Below, in pieces: positions 55,920 to 64,000 of a stretch of DNA of 64,000 nucleotides. The notes beneath the pieces are model-generated. The model was given only the letters and a program-made list of their open reading frames with translations. It ran no database searches and was not told the origin of the DNA. Numbering within the stretch: the stretch's first letter is position 1; each line of letters starts with the position of its first letter. This DNA is from a virus (Duplodnaviria > Caudoviricetes): positions 1-64,000 of the IMG/VR virus record IMGVR_UViG_2751186034_000001, one strand, 5' to 3'. Position numbers and translations under genes: made by a program.

Positions 55920-55935
55920 CTGTATATGCGTACAG
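55920..55935. promoter_or_regulatory. LexA (SOS) box
   Basis: CTGTATATGCGTACAG, 23 bp upstream of the DUF1654 gene. Confidence 0.85.
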
Positions 55936-56024
55936 TTATGGCGCGAGCATAGCGAACCGTTGGTTCAACGTAAATCCCATTTCGTCCGCCGTTTTTCCTT
56001 CCTTCGAAAGTGAACCAGAAAATT

Positions 56025-56069
56025 ATGTACTTTTGGTACTTGACTGAATGTGAACCTGTAGTTCATATT
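56025..56069 (+). promoter_or_regulatory. OL operators and pL
   Basis: ATGTAC-N5-GTACTT (56025), GTGAAC-N5-GTTCAT (56050); TTGACT-N18-CATATT. Confidence 0.72.
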
Positions 56070-56119
56070 TAACCCATCGCAGCGACTTACGAGGGACTGC
56101 GAAGGGCCTCACAGCTCGC

Positions 56120-56131
56120 CGCTCTTTAACA
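56120..56131 (+). promoter_or_regulatory. boxA antitermination element
   Basis: CGCTCTTTAACA. Confidence 0.75.
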
Positions 56132-56392
56132 GTTCAAGACCTTCGCAGATCGATCCCCGGCAACGGGCACAGCGCGAACAATAAATTCGATCTCCACGCC
56201 AGCTCTGGAACTGGCCGTGCTCACCAGATGTGAGTACGCGAAACCACGCAAGCCAGCCAGGAAGAACACCGGACACGAAATGTGTGACCTGGCCAGAGAT
56301 ATGAATCCGGCGATGCGCGTGGTGGAGACAACAGATTTCCTCGATGACCTTGGCGACAGGGTCATCCGGAAAATCAAACGGAGAATAAAGCG

Positions 56393-56578
56393 ATGAGCAA
56401 TCAATTCGATGTGAAGGTGAAGTCGAGCCACGAAGCCTACGTCGTCACTTGCAAAGACGCAGGAGAACGCAACTCCGTAACAACAGAGTGCGTTCGGGAT
56501 GGTCATGAGCACCAGCCTGCGACCGAAGCCGACCAATCGCTCCAGCGTGTTGATTATTTGGACTGGAATCCAGCATGA
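56393..56578 (+). CDS. First early-left protein, hypothetical
   Basis: GGAG RBS. Confidence 0.6.
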   Translation: MSNQFDVKVKSSHEAYVVTCKDAGERNSVTTECVRDGHEHQPATEADQSLQRVDYLDWNPA

Positions 56579-56748
56579 GCAGATCGCCGGCAGTAGCCAT
56601 CAACAGCCGATGGGTTGGCAGCAAAGGCCGAGTCGTCGTGGTGCTGGAGCGAAAGCCATTCGGAATCCTTGAGTACCAGATCGAGGGTCGAGCAATCTTC
56701 GGTAGCAGTAAGCAGGCCGACTTCCTGCGCAACTTCAAACCAGCATGA
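56575..56748 (+). CDS. Small hypothetical protein (57 aa, below the ORF-track cutoff)
   Basis: Manually translated MSRSPAVAINSRW...DFLRNFKPA; ATGA overlap. Confidence 0.6.
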   Translation: MSRSPAVAINSRWVGSKGRVVVVLERKPFGILEYQIEGRAIFGSSKQADFLRNFKPA

Positions 56749-56809
56749 CCGCATATTCCTGATGCCGCTTCTATGAGGCGGCATTGGAAATCCAATGGAG
56801 GGCAAGACG

Positions 56810-56998
56810 ATGACCGATGCAGCAGCAACGCAAACGAAGTGCACGTACTGCGGTAAGCCAGCCGAAAAGGTGGTGCGCCGCAACATTCACGACCGCACCC
56901 GCGACCCATACACCAATCGGCAGGTGCTTCGCACTCGAGAGTTGTCGTTTTGCAGCGCCGAGCATGCAAGCAACTACCAAATGGGCTGCGAAGGCTGA
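56810..56998 (+). CDS. Small Zn-finger protein
   Basis: CTYC...FCS..H..C. Confidence 0.65.
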   Translation: MTDAAATQTKCTYCGKPAEKVVRRNIHDRTRDPYTNRQVLRTRELSFCSAEHASNYQMGCEG

Positions 56999-57056
56999 CG
57001 GACCTTTTCACTGATGCCCATCCAGAGCGGTGGGCATTGGGAAAACAACCCGGAGC

Positions 57057-57260
57057 ATGACCATGAACAAAGTCATCCACATCACTCTGCGCGGCGAACT
57101 TCAGGTATTTGCCGATAAGAGCCTGGCCGCCTGTATCAGCGAGGCAAACAGGCTCAACGCTGAGCGTGGATTCACCAGTGGCGTGCGCGTTGTTGAGTGC
57201 GAAGACGGACATCGAATGACGGCCGCCGATTGCAAGTCTTACTTAGATATTCCCGTCTAG
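57057..57260 (+). CDS. Hypothetical protein
   Basis: GGAG RBS; 3' end overlaps a convergent moron. Confidence 0.65.
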   Translation: MTMNKVIHITLRGELQVFADKSLAACISEANRLNAERGFTSGVRVVECEDGHRMTAADCKSYLDIPV

Positions 57261-57620
57261 GGAGTAGATAAGCGGGGCGGTGATCGTAATTGGGCCGTCT
57301 TTCATTAAGTCGGCTGGTGGTTTTGGCAGTGGCTGGGCGCGACGGATTAACTCTAGAGTGGCCGCGTCCAAGTCCACATTTCCTGAACTTTGTACCAGCT
57401 CATAAGAAACGACATTTCCGTCGCCATCTATCGTAAAGCGCAGTTGGTTTGTCCCTTCAATCCCGGCCAATTGCGAGGCGATCGGGTAATTCTTGAATTT
57501 ATTCAAATGCGCCACGAGCCCGGCGCTCAGTGTCTTTTCTTGTTCGGCAGTGGAGGAGCAACCAGAGATTACGCCGAGAAAAACAAAGGCAAAAATAGTG
57601 GTTAGAAAAAATCTGAACAT
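57243..57620 (-). CDS. Stand-alone TonB C-terminal domain lipoprotein
   Basis: Lipobox ISGC; YP..S...GIEG...LRFTIDGDG.V......SSG..DLD.A.L..IRRA.PLP.PP. Confidence 0.8.
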   Translation of the reverse strand: MFRFFLTTIFAFVFLGVISGCSSTAEQEKTLSAGLVAHLNKFKNYPIASQLAGIEGTNQLRFTIDGDGNVVSYELVQSSGNVDLDAATLELIRRAQPLPKPPADLMKDGPITITAPLIYSLDGNI

Positions 57621-57839
57621 TCAAAGTCTCGCTATTTGGCGGTGCGATTCTCGCACATGGCTGTTTTTAGCCTATCAGCTCACTCAACTGTCCAGCAATA
57701 AAAGCGCCGCTTCAACGAAGTTGGATGACCTGTCCTCCCTTCCCCGCCTCTATTACGTCAGCACTCCTCCCCCGCGCCCATCGGCAACCAGCGGGAGGAA
57801 TGAGTGTTGACGAATACAGGTGAACCAAAGGAGCGAGAC

Positions 57840-58046
57840 ATGAACTTCCAACCGCCAGATCCGCCCGATTATGGCCACTGCCTGACCTGCAATCGGGTCA
57901 TCCATGTGGACGAAAAGCGAGGCGATAACTGCATCGAGTGTGACGACCAAGGAGGGAGCGACGGCGCCGATGAAAACGGGGTTCGCCCCGCTGTTTCTGA
58001 GGACGGCGCCTACCGCTTCAACCCGTGGACCGGCCAGCACGAATAG
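57840..58046 (+). CDS. Small Zn-ribbon protein
   Basis: CLTC...CIEC; GGAG RBS. Confidence 0.55.
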   Translation: MNFQPPDPPDYGHCLTCNRVIHVDEKRGDNCIECDDQGGSDGADENGVRPAVSEDGAYRFNPWTGQHE

Positions 58047-58085
58047 TCCGCTCGTTCCGCCTAACCCCAAACACTGGAGGTCGCC

Positions 58086-58349
58086 ATGGCCGTCACTACC
58101 TCGCAGGCTGTCGTCTACAAGGGCGGCGGTCGGCGTTATCTCACGCTCAGGTCGGCTTGTGCTGCCGAGGCCCGGGCACTGCTCAAAACCCGCTGCGACT
58201 GCGAGTACATGGATTACGGCGGTTCAATTGGCGGCGAGTGGCTGACCTGCTGGTATCACGAAGAAGAACGCAACGCCGTACTGATGCGGCGCCTGACCGG
58301 TGCGTATATGCGCCGCTACCGAGCGCAGAACGCGAGGATCAAGCCATGA
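58086..58349 (+). CDS. Hypothetical protein
   Basis: GGAGG RBS. Confidence 0.65.
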   Translation: MAVTTSQAVVYKGGGRRYLTLRSACAAEARALLKTRCDCEYMDYGGSIGGEWLTCWYHEEERNAVLMRRLTGAYMRRYRAQNARIKP

Positions 58350-58771
58350 ACGCAGCATTGAAGATTTGTCAGGCGATGTACGACGCCCAGTTGCCTCCAC
58401 CAGTGAGCGAGTCGGCGGTGGAGATTGCCCGCAAGGAGTGGCTTTACAACGCCACCGAGCAGTTGGTGCGGTTCCGTATGGATGTCAAGTTCCAGCGCCG
58501 TATGTGCCAACCACAGGGCGTGCGGGTGTCCCAGCTTGCCTTGGCGCTGGATGAGCACGTGAACAACCGGCTGGCGAACTGCGAGGTAACCTCACCGGCC
58601 CTGGGCTGGCTTCTGGTCACCACTGACGACAATCCCGACAAGAACGCCATAGCCGAGCTACTCGGCCCCAGTGACCACCACTTCGGCAAGCTTGGCGAAA
58701 TTGCAGAGGCTCTACTAAGGCCCCTCGCAGACGATGCACTGGCCGCCCAGGCCGAGGACGAAGAACTATGA
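58346..58771 (+). CDS. Hypothetical phage protein
   Basis: ATGA overlap; CQAMYDAQLPPPVSE motif. Confidence 0.7.
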   Translation: MNAALKICQAMYDAQLPPPVSESAVEIARKEWLYNATEQLVRFRMDVKFQRRMCQPQGVRVSQLALALDEHVNNRLANCEVTSPALGWLLVTTDDNPDKNAIAELLGPSDHHFGKLGEIAEALLRPLADDALAAQAEDEEL

Positions 58772-58983
58772 ATACCCCTACCACCCTCGCCCGCCTGTGC
58801 CTGGAAATCGCCAAGATGAAGAAGTCATGCACCCCGGTACCGGACCGCACCTTTGTCATGGGCATGATCGAAATGGCCGAGTTCGCCGATCTGGTCGACT
58901 CCCCTACCGCAAACCGTTACCGCGATGCGTTGGACGCCAAGTTCGTCGAGCGTAATGCAGAACTCAAGAGGGCCGCAGCATGA
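58768..58983 (+). CDS. Hypothetical protein
   Basis: Coupled ORF. Confidence 0.65.
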   Translation: MNTPTTLARLCLEIAKMKKSCTPVPDRTFVMGMIEMAEFADLVDSPTANRYRDALDAKFVERNAELKRAAA

Positions 58984-59174
58984 CTACCGCGCCGGTTAAA
59001 TCGCTCGCAGAAGAGAATCTCGACGACATCGAGCGCCGCATTGCCATCCTCGGCTTCGGCCTCCCCTTCAACGAGCTGATCGGCCGCAAGCGTGAAGACC
59101 TGGTACGGGATCTGCCACAGCGCCTGGCGCCAACCATGAAGGGTGGGCGGATTGCGGTGAGGGTTCGGCCATGA
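58980..59174 (+). CDS. Hypothetical protein
   Basis: Coupled ORF. Confidence 0.65.
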   Translation: MTTAPVKSLAEENLDDIERRIAILGFGLPFNELIGRKREDLVRDLPQRLAPTMKGGRIAVRVRP

Positions 59175-59527
59175 ACCCGCGCATTGAAAAGAAGCTCAGC
59201 AAACGCCTTGTACAGCTGTATCCGCACTTATACGGACGCGCCTGGATCGACGACGATCATTCGGAGCTGGCTTATGATGAAAACTCGAATGTTCGGCATT
59301 GTCCGAGCGTCGGCGGCGGGTACGACTCGTACACCGGGGACAGCGACGAGGCCTACACAGTTTGGGCGTCCTGGCTGCATATTTGGCCTTGGCATGGTCC
59401 ATTCGACGCATACCCGCACGACCACAAGCACGCGATGTTCCCCAATACAGAAGGCTTCAGGCCGACCACGCGAAACCTGCTGAGGTTGGCCGCCCAGTGC
59501 GAAAAAGCCGAGCGGTTGAGTTCATGA
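59171..59527 (+). CDS. Hypothetical protein
   Basis: Coupled ORF. Confidence 0.65.
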   Translation: MNPRIEKKLSKRLVQLYPHLYGRAWIDDDHSELAYDENSNVRHCPSVGGGYDSYTGDSDEAYTVWASWLHIWPWHGPFDAYPHDHKHAMFPNTEGFRPTTRNLLRLAAQCEKAERLSS

Positions 59528-59686
59528 CCACCCACCAGCGGCACCGGCGCCGCGCCATCCGCCCTCTGTCGGCCATCGTTGGCCTGACCTTCCTCACCAT
59601 CGTTCTACTGGGCCCCGCTATCGGTGGCCTGATCACTCAATAAACAACACCTCTAATCGCTGCGAGCATCGCGGCAGGGAGTCACC

Positions 59687-60844
59687 GTGTCCGCACAACA
59701 GCAAGTAATCACCATCGACGACATCAGCGCCGACAATGCTCCGGCCATCTACGTGGCCGGCGGCCTGGGCCAGTTCTTCGAAGCGGTGAAAGCAGAAGTC
59801 ACCGGAGAGGTGCCCGATCTGACCACTGTGAAAGGTCGCGCTCGCATCGCCTCCTTGGCAGCAACGGTGAGCAAGTCCAAGGCTGCTGTCGAGAAGCCTG
59901 GTCGCGACTACCTCAAGCGCCTCAAGGAAATGCCAAAGGTCGTCGAGGCCGAGCTACGCGAGTTCGTCACCAAGATGGACAGCCTGCGCGATGCAACCCG
60001 CCAGCCCCTGACCGACTGGGAAAATGCCGAGCAGGTCCGCAAGGACCGGCACGTCGACAACATCCAGGCCATCAAGGACATGGAAGTGTTTGGCGCCACG
60101 CCGACTGCAGCTGCAGTGGCGCAAGTGATTGTCCAGCTGGAAGCCATCGAGCTTGGCGACTCCTGGGAAGAGTTCCTGCCAGAAGCAGCCCAGGCGAAAG
60201 ACCGCACCCTCTCACTATTGCGCGCAATACATGCCGAGCGCACCCAGCACGAAGCCGAGCAGGCCGAACTCGTCCGGTTGCGCGCCGAAGCAGAAGCCCA
60301 GGCCCAGCGAGACCGTGACGCTGCTATCGCCCAGGCCGCCGCTGATCAGGCCCGCCGTGAAGCAGCTGAGCGTGCTGAGACTGAGCGCTTGGCCGCCGCC
60401 CGCCGAGAACAGGATCTACTTGATCAGGCCGCCGCCGCACAGCGCGCCGCCGCTCAAGCCGTACTGGATGCCGAGGCCGCCGCCGAGCGCCAGCGCATGC
60501 GACTTGAACTACAGGCCGAGCAGGCCCGTGCAGCAGCGGCGCAGGCCGAGTCAAGCCGTCTGGCCGCCGAACAGCGCGCCGAGCAAGATCGTGCCGCCGC
60601 AGCGCAGCGCCAGGAGCAGGCAGTCGAGCAAGCACGCCAGAACGAACTGGCACGCCAGGCCGCAGCCGTAGCGTTCGAACTGGAGCAGGCCCAGGCCCGC
60701 GAAGCTGATGAAGCGCATCGCCGCGCAATCAACCGTGCAGCCCTGGACGCCTTTATTGCTGGCGGCATGCCAGAAGAGTGCGCCAAGCAGGCCGTTAAGT
60801 TGATTGCCCAGCGCAAGATTCCAGCCGTATCCATTTCCTACTGA
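59687..60844 (+). CDS. Coiled-coil phage protein (Ala/Glu/Gln-rich)
   Basis: GTG start with GGGAG RBS; precedes recT. Confidence 0.75.
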   Translation: MSAQQQVITIDDISADNAPAIYVAGGLGQFFEAVKAEVTGEVPDLTTVKGRARIASLAATVSKSKAAVEKPGRDYLKRLKEMPKVVEAELREFVTKMDSLRDATRQPLTDWENAEQVRKDRHVDNIQAIKDMEVFGATPTAAAVAQVIVQLEAIELGDSWEEFLPEAAQAKDRTLSLLRAIHAERTQHEAEQAELVRLRAEAEAQAQRDRDAAIAQAAADQARREAAERAETERLAAARREQDLLDQAAAAQRAAAQAVLDAEAAAERQRMRLELQAEQARAAAAQAESSRLAAEQRAEQDRAAAAQRQEQAVEQARQNELARQAAAVAFELEQAQAREADEAHRRAINRAALDAFIAGGMPEECAKQAVKLIAQRKIPAVSISY

Positions 60845-60851
60845 GGTCGCC

Positions 60852-61796
60852 ATGAGCCAAGCCGTCGCAACAATCACTCAGGACATCTACGGTGCGCGCA
60901 ATCAGTTCGCCAACGTCCTGACCGACCGCTCGCTGAACTTCGAGCGCGAGGCTGAATTCGCCATTCAGGTGATCACCTCCAGCGAGTACGCCACCAAGAT
61001 CGCCGTACAGAACCGGCAGTCAGTGGTCAACGCAATCACGAACATCGCCGCCATCGGTATCAGCTTGAACCCTGCGAAGAAGCAGGCCTATCTGGTTCCT
61101 CGGGACGGCAAGATCTGCTTGGACATCAGCTATATCGGTCTGATGGACCTGGCCATGGCCACTGGCGCAATTCGCTGGGCCCAGGCCGAGCTGGTTTATA
61201 CGGCTGACTCCTTCGCTCTCAACGGCTTCGACAAGCCGCCGACCCACTCATACAACCCGTTCGCAAAGGATCGTGGCGAGGCTGTCGGCGTTTATGTGGT
61301 GGTCAAGACGGCAGACGGCGACTACCTCACCGAGACGATGAGCATCGACGACGTGAACGCGATCCGTGACCGTTCAAGCGCTTGGAAAGCATGGATCAGC
61401 AAGAAGTCATCCTGCCCATGGGTTACCGACCCGGGTGAAATGGCAAAGAAAACCGTGGTGAAGCGCGGCTACAAGTATTGGCCGAAGACGGAGCGACTTG
61501 AGCAGGCCATCCATCACCTGAACACCGATGGCGGCGAAGGCCTCGCATCGATTCAAGGCTCGGCTCCAACCGACCCTGAGATGGTGAACGACTGGATTGA
61601 TTTGGCTATGCGCGCCGGAAGTCTGGAGTCACTCGCCGAGGTTTACCACAACGGCACGGCCGCGATGAAGCAAGCCAAAGATGCTGCTGGTCACGCCCGC
61701 TTTAAGGCGGAAGTGACCAAGCGCAGCGAAACCCTGAAAGCAGCAGCCGAGCCAATCGAAGGTGAAGCTGAGGAGGTGTTAGATGGAACAGCGTAG
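60852..61796 (+). CDS. recT: RecT-family single-strand annealing protein
   Basis: GISLNPAKKQAYLVPR, EMAKKTVVKR motifs. Confidence 0.88.
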   Translation: MSQAVATITQDIYGARNQFANVLTDRSLNFEREAEFAIQVITSSEYATKIAVQNRQSVVNAITNIAAIGISLNPAKKQAYLVPRDGKICLDISYIGLMDLAMATGAIRWAQAELVYTADSFALNGFDKPPTHSYNPFAKDRGEAVGVYVVVKTADGDYLTETMSIDDVNAIRDRSSAWKAWISKKSSCPWVTDPGEMAKKTVVKRGYKYWPKTERLEQAIHHLNTDGGEGLASIQGSAPTDPEMVNDWIDLAMRAGSLESLAEVYHNGTAAMKQAKDAAGHARFKAEVTKRSETLKAAAEPIEGEAEEVLDGTA

Positions 61797-62415
61797 CGCT
61801 GAATGGTTTGCGGCAAGGCTGGGCAACGTCACGGCCAGCCGCGTCAAGGATGTGATGGCCAGCGGGCGCGGCGGCGCACCTTCTGCCACTCGCAAAAATT
61901 ACATGATGGAGCTGCTCTGTGAGCGCCTGACCGGACAGCAAGGCGGTAGCGACCTTTCGCGCAACGCTGCAGTACAGCGCGGCGTCGAGCTTGAGCCGTT
62001 CGCCTGCATGGCCTACGAGGCTGATAAGGGTCTGATGGTGGAAGAGACCGGGCTTGTCATGCACCCCAAGATCCAGGGCTTCGGTGCATCACCAGATGGG
62101 CTTGCAGGTGATGATGGCGTTCTTGAAATCAAGTGCCCGAACACCGCAACCCACATCGCGACGATGCAGTCAGGCAAGCATGACCCTCAGTACGAATGGC
62201 AGATGCTGGCCCAGATGGCTTGCACCGGCCGCAAGTGGGCCGACTTCGTGAGCTACGACGACCGCTTGCCTGAAGAGCTTCAGTACGTTTGCTTCCGGTA
62301 CGAGTTCGACTTCAAGCGAGCCCGCGAGATGGAATCCGAAATCACGGCATTTCTGGAAGAGCTGGCCGACCTTGAGAAGGAAATGCGGGAGCGGATGAGG
62401 AGCAAAGCAGCATGA
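61783..62415 (+). CDS. YqaJ / lambda exonuclease family protein
   Basis: WFAARLG.VTAS, GASPDG, EIKCP, Y..Q motifs. Confidence 0.92.
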   Translation: MEQRSAEWFAARLGNVTASRVKDVMASGRGGAPSATRKNYMMELLCERLTGQQGGSDLSRNAAVQRGVELEPFACMAYEADKGLMVEETGLVMHPKIQGFGASPDGLAGDDGVLEIKCPNTATHIATMQSGKHDPQYEWQMLAQMACTGRKWADFVSYDDRLPEELQYVCFRYEFDFKRAREMESEITAFLEELADLEKEMRERMRSKAA

Positions 62416-62660
62416 CCTACGTCAGCAACCACCTAAGCCTGGTAGAGCAGCACCGCCAGCACGCCGACTCAATATCGGAACGCACCGCGCAGTTCCTGGC
62501 TGCCGGCGGGAACGTCGCCCAGGTGCCAAGCCTGGCGGGCAATCCGATCCCTCCCAAGCGATCCGCGAAGATTGATCCCGAAACCATCCTCAAGCGCCGA
62601 AAGCCAGCCATCACCAGGGCTGAGCGTAACGCGCTGCGCAAATTGGCGGAGGCATTATGA
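62412..62660 (+). CDS. Hypothetical protein
   Basis: Coupled ORF. Confidence 0.65.
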   Translation: MTYVSNHLSLVEQHRQHADSISERTAQFLAAGGNVAQVPSLAGNPIPPKRSAKIDPETILKRRKPAITRAERNALRKLAEAL

Positions 62661-63127
62661 GCAAGCGTAAGCCTCACAACCTGCAGGCGCGCATCGCCCG
62701 GTCGTGCCGGTCACTCCTGACATCCAACCATGTCGCGGTGGTGAACATTGATCCCAGCGGCCGCCAGGGCATGATCAATTACAAGTCACTCAAGAACATT
62801 GCGCCGGGGAAGATCGGCCAGGCCGTGTGCGGCATCCCTCACCGCTGGACGATCTACATGAGCGCAATGTGCATTGACGCTCGCGGCGACCGCTACAGCA
62901 AGTCGGTGGAACTGGCACCGGACGGGGTTTACCTGTCCGACCACCTGGAAGACGTGATCGAGCATTGCTACATGAAGCTGCGCGCCGAGGCCAACCAAAG
63001 CCAGATGGTGGCCTCCGGCTGGATCGCCATCCCCGACACTCTGTCGCTGGACGAGGAACACGCCGCGCGAATCTTCGAAGCGGTCGGTGCTTGGCGCCAG
63101 GTGAAGGTCGATTCATGCGCCGCATAG
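62657..63127 (+). CDS. Hypothetical phage protein
   Basis: Coupled ORF. Confidence 0.7.
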   Translation: MSKRKPHNLQARIARSCRSLLTSNHVAVVNIDPSGRQGMINYKSLKNIAPGKIGQAVCGIPHRWTIYMSAMCIDARGDRYSKSVELAPDGVYLSDHLEDVIEHCYMKLRAEANQSQMVASGWIAIPDTLSLDEEHAARIFEAVGAWRQVKVDSCAA

Positions 63128-63196
63128 CCCGCACCCAGCAACGCAAACGTCAAACCTGGCTCGCACTGCCGGCCAGCGGAATAGAGGAGGTAGGCC

Positions 63197-63520
63197 ATGG
63201 CGAAAACACCGCAGGAACGCTCGGCCAAAACCGCCAGGAAGCGCGTGGCGAATGCCGAAGAGGAATTGAGGCTCAGCGTTCGCCCCGGCACCCGACAGGC
63301 GCTGGCCGACCTGATGGAGTGGTCAGGCATTACTGAGCAGGGAGAGGCAATGACGCTGATGATTCATCGTCTTCATGACCTTGGCTCGAAGTCCAAAGCG
63401 CTACTCGAACCGCCGCGCCACGAATTCAAGATATCCGAAAACGTGGCGCGGGAATTTCGCAATAAAAGCCTGCTCGCCATCCAGAAAGACCCCGGCGACG
63501 AGATCATCGAACCCGAATAA
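63197..63520 (+). CDS. Hypothetical phage protein
   Basis: GGAGG RBS. Confidence 0.7.
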   Translation: MAKTPQERSAKTARKRVANAEEELRLSVRPGTRQALADLMEWSGITEQGEAMTLMIHRLHDLGSKSKALLEPPRHEFKISENVAREFRNKSLLAIQKDPGDEIIEPE

Positions 63521-63577
63521 CCCACCCTACTCGCTGCATCCGGTAACCGGAGGGCGGCGCCTGACTGGAGACAATCC

Positions 63578-64000
63578 ATGAGCAACATTCCCCCGCGCCC
63601 GAAGGCCGACAAAGTAATGATCCTTGCGGCTTGCACCCTTGTTGCTGAGAAGATCAACGGCGATGCCGAAACCATCGCCAAGCACTACCGTCGCCACATG
63701 GACGGTTTTGAGCTGGCAAAGGAACTCGATAAGTACGCGTCCTGGGACACCACGCGTGATGATATGGATGCGCTGGACGAGGTCGACTATCTCGTAGATC
63801 GGGCCGAGGGCCTGGCGGTTAAAGCGTGGGCTGAAGAGTTCAAGCCCGAACCGCCGCTGCCTATTGGCACCAGGGTAAAACAAGGCGTGATCACGCGGAT
63901 CTACGAGCACACCCCAGCCACGTACTGCGTCAAAGAAGACGGCTGCACCAACGATACCCGCAGCCTGCTGATCAAGTTCGAAGACGCCGTAGCCGTCCGG
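63578..64000 (+). CDS. Hypothetical protein, runs off the window
   Basis: GGAG RBS; open to the window end. Confidence 0.6.
   Translation, partial: MSNIPPRPKADKVMILAACTLVAEKINGDAETIAKHYRRHMDGFELAKELDKYASWDTTRDDMDALDEVDYLVDRAEGLAVKAWAEEFKPEPPLPIGTRVKQGVITRIYEHTPATYCVKEDGCTNDTRSLLIKFEDAVAVR

Larger units (their letters stand above)
13371..64000. mobile_element. Lambdoid (siphovirus) prophage, continuing beyond the window
   Basis: Apparently intact lysis, tail, head, packaging, Q, replication, immunity and recombination modules in lambdoid order. Confidence 0.95.

Noticed and set aside
60300-60720. Repetitive GCC/CAG-rich DNA
   Set aside because: Explained by the Ala/Gln/Glu coiled-coil coding sequence

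Overview
Pseudomonas (fluorescens-group-like) chromosomal window containing two phage-derived elements. (1) 82-13147, minus strand: an R-type (contractile, P2-like) tailocin cluster with repressor, holin, baseplate, fibres, sheath, tube, tape measure, GH19 lysin and spanins. It has no capsid, terminase or integrase genes and sits next to the 5' end of mutS, the usual tailocin locus in this group. (2) From about 13371 to beyond the window end: a lambdoid siphovirus prophage inserted inside mutS after about codon 17 (MSKNTSDLSSHTPMMQQY). It carries lysis, lambda-like tail, head, terminase, Q, nin, replication, cII/cro/cI and RecT/YqaJ modules; the integrase and the other att site lie outside the window. 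Most notable observations: the mutS interruption; a structured ~355-nt tailocin leader with six CA(A/G)GGA RsmA/CsrA-type motifs, a boxA and a terminator, under ATGC-N6-GCAT operators; a ~6 kb cargo block between cI and OL (HipA-like kinase + DUF3037, Imm-like protein, cassette-like repeats); a proteasome-beta-like Ntn hydrolase moron with Ser1/Asp17/Lys33 spacing; a stand-alone TonB C-terminal lipoprotein; and four dispersed paralogues of one small helical domain. All product calls come from motif recognition and synteny, not from database searches.
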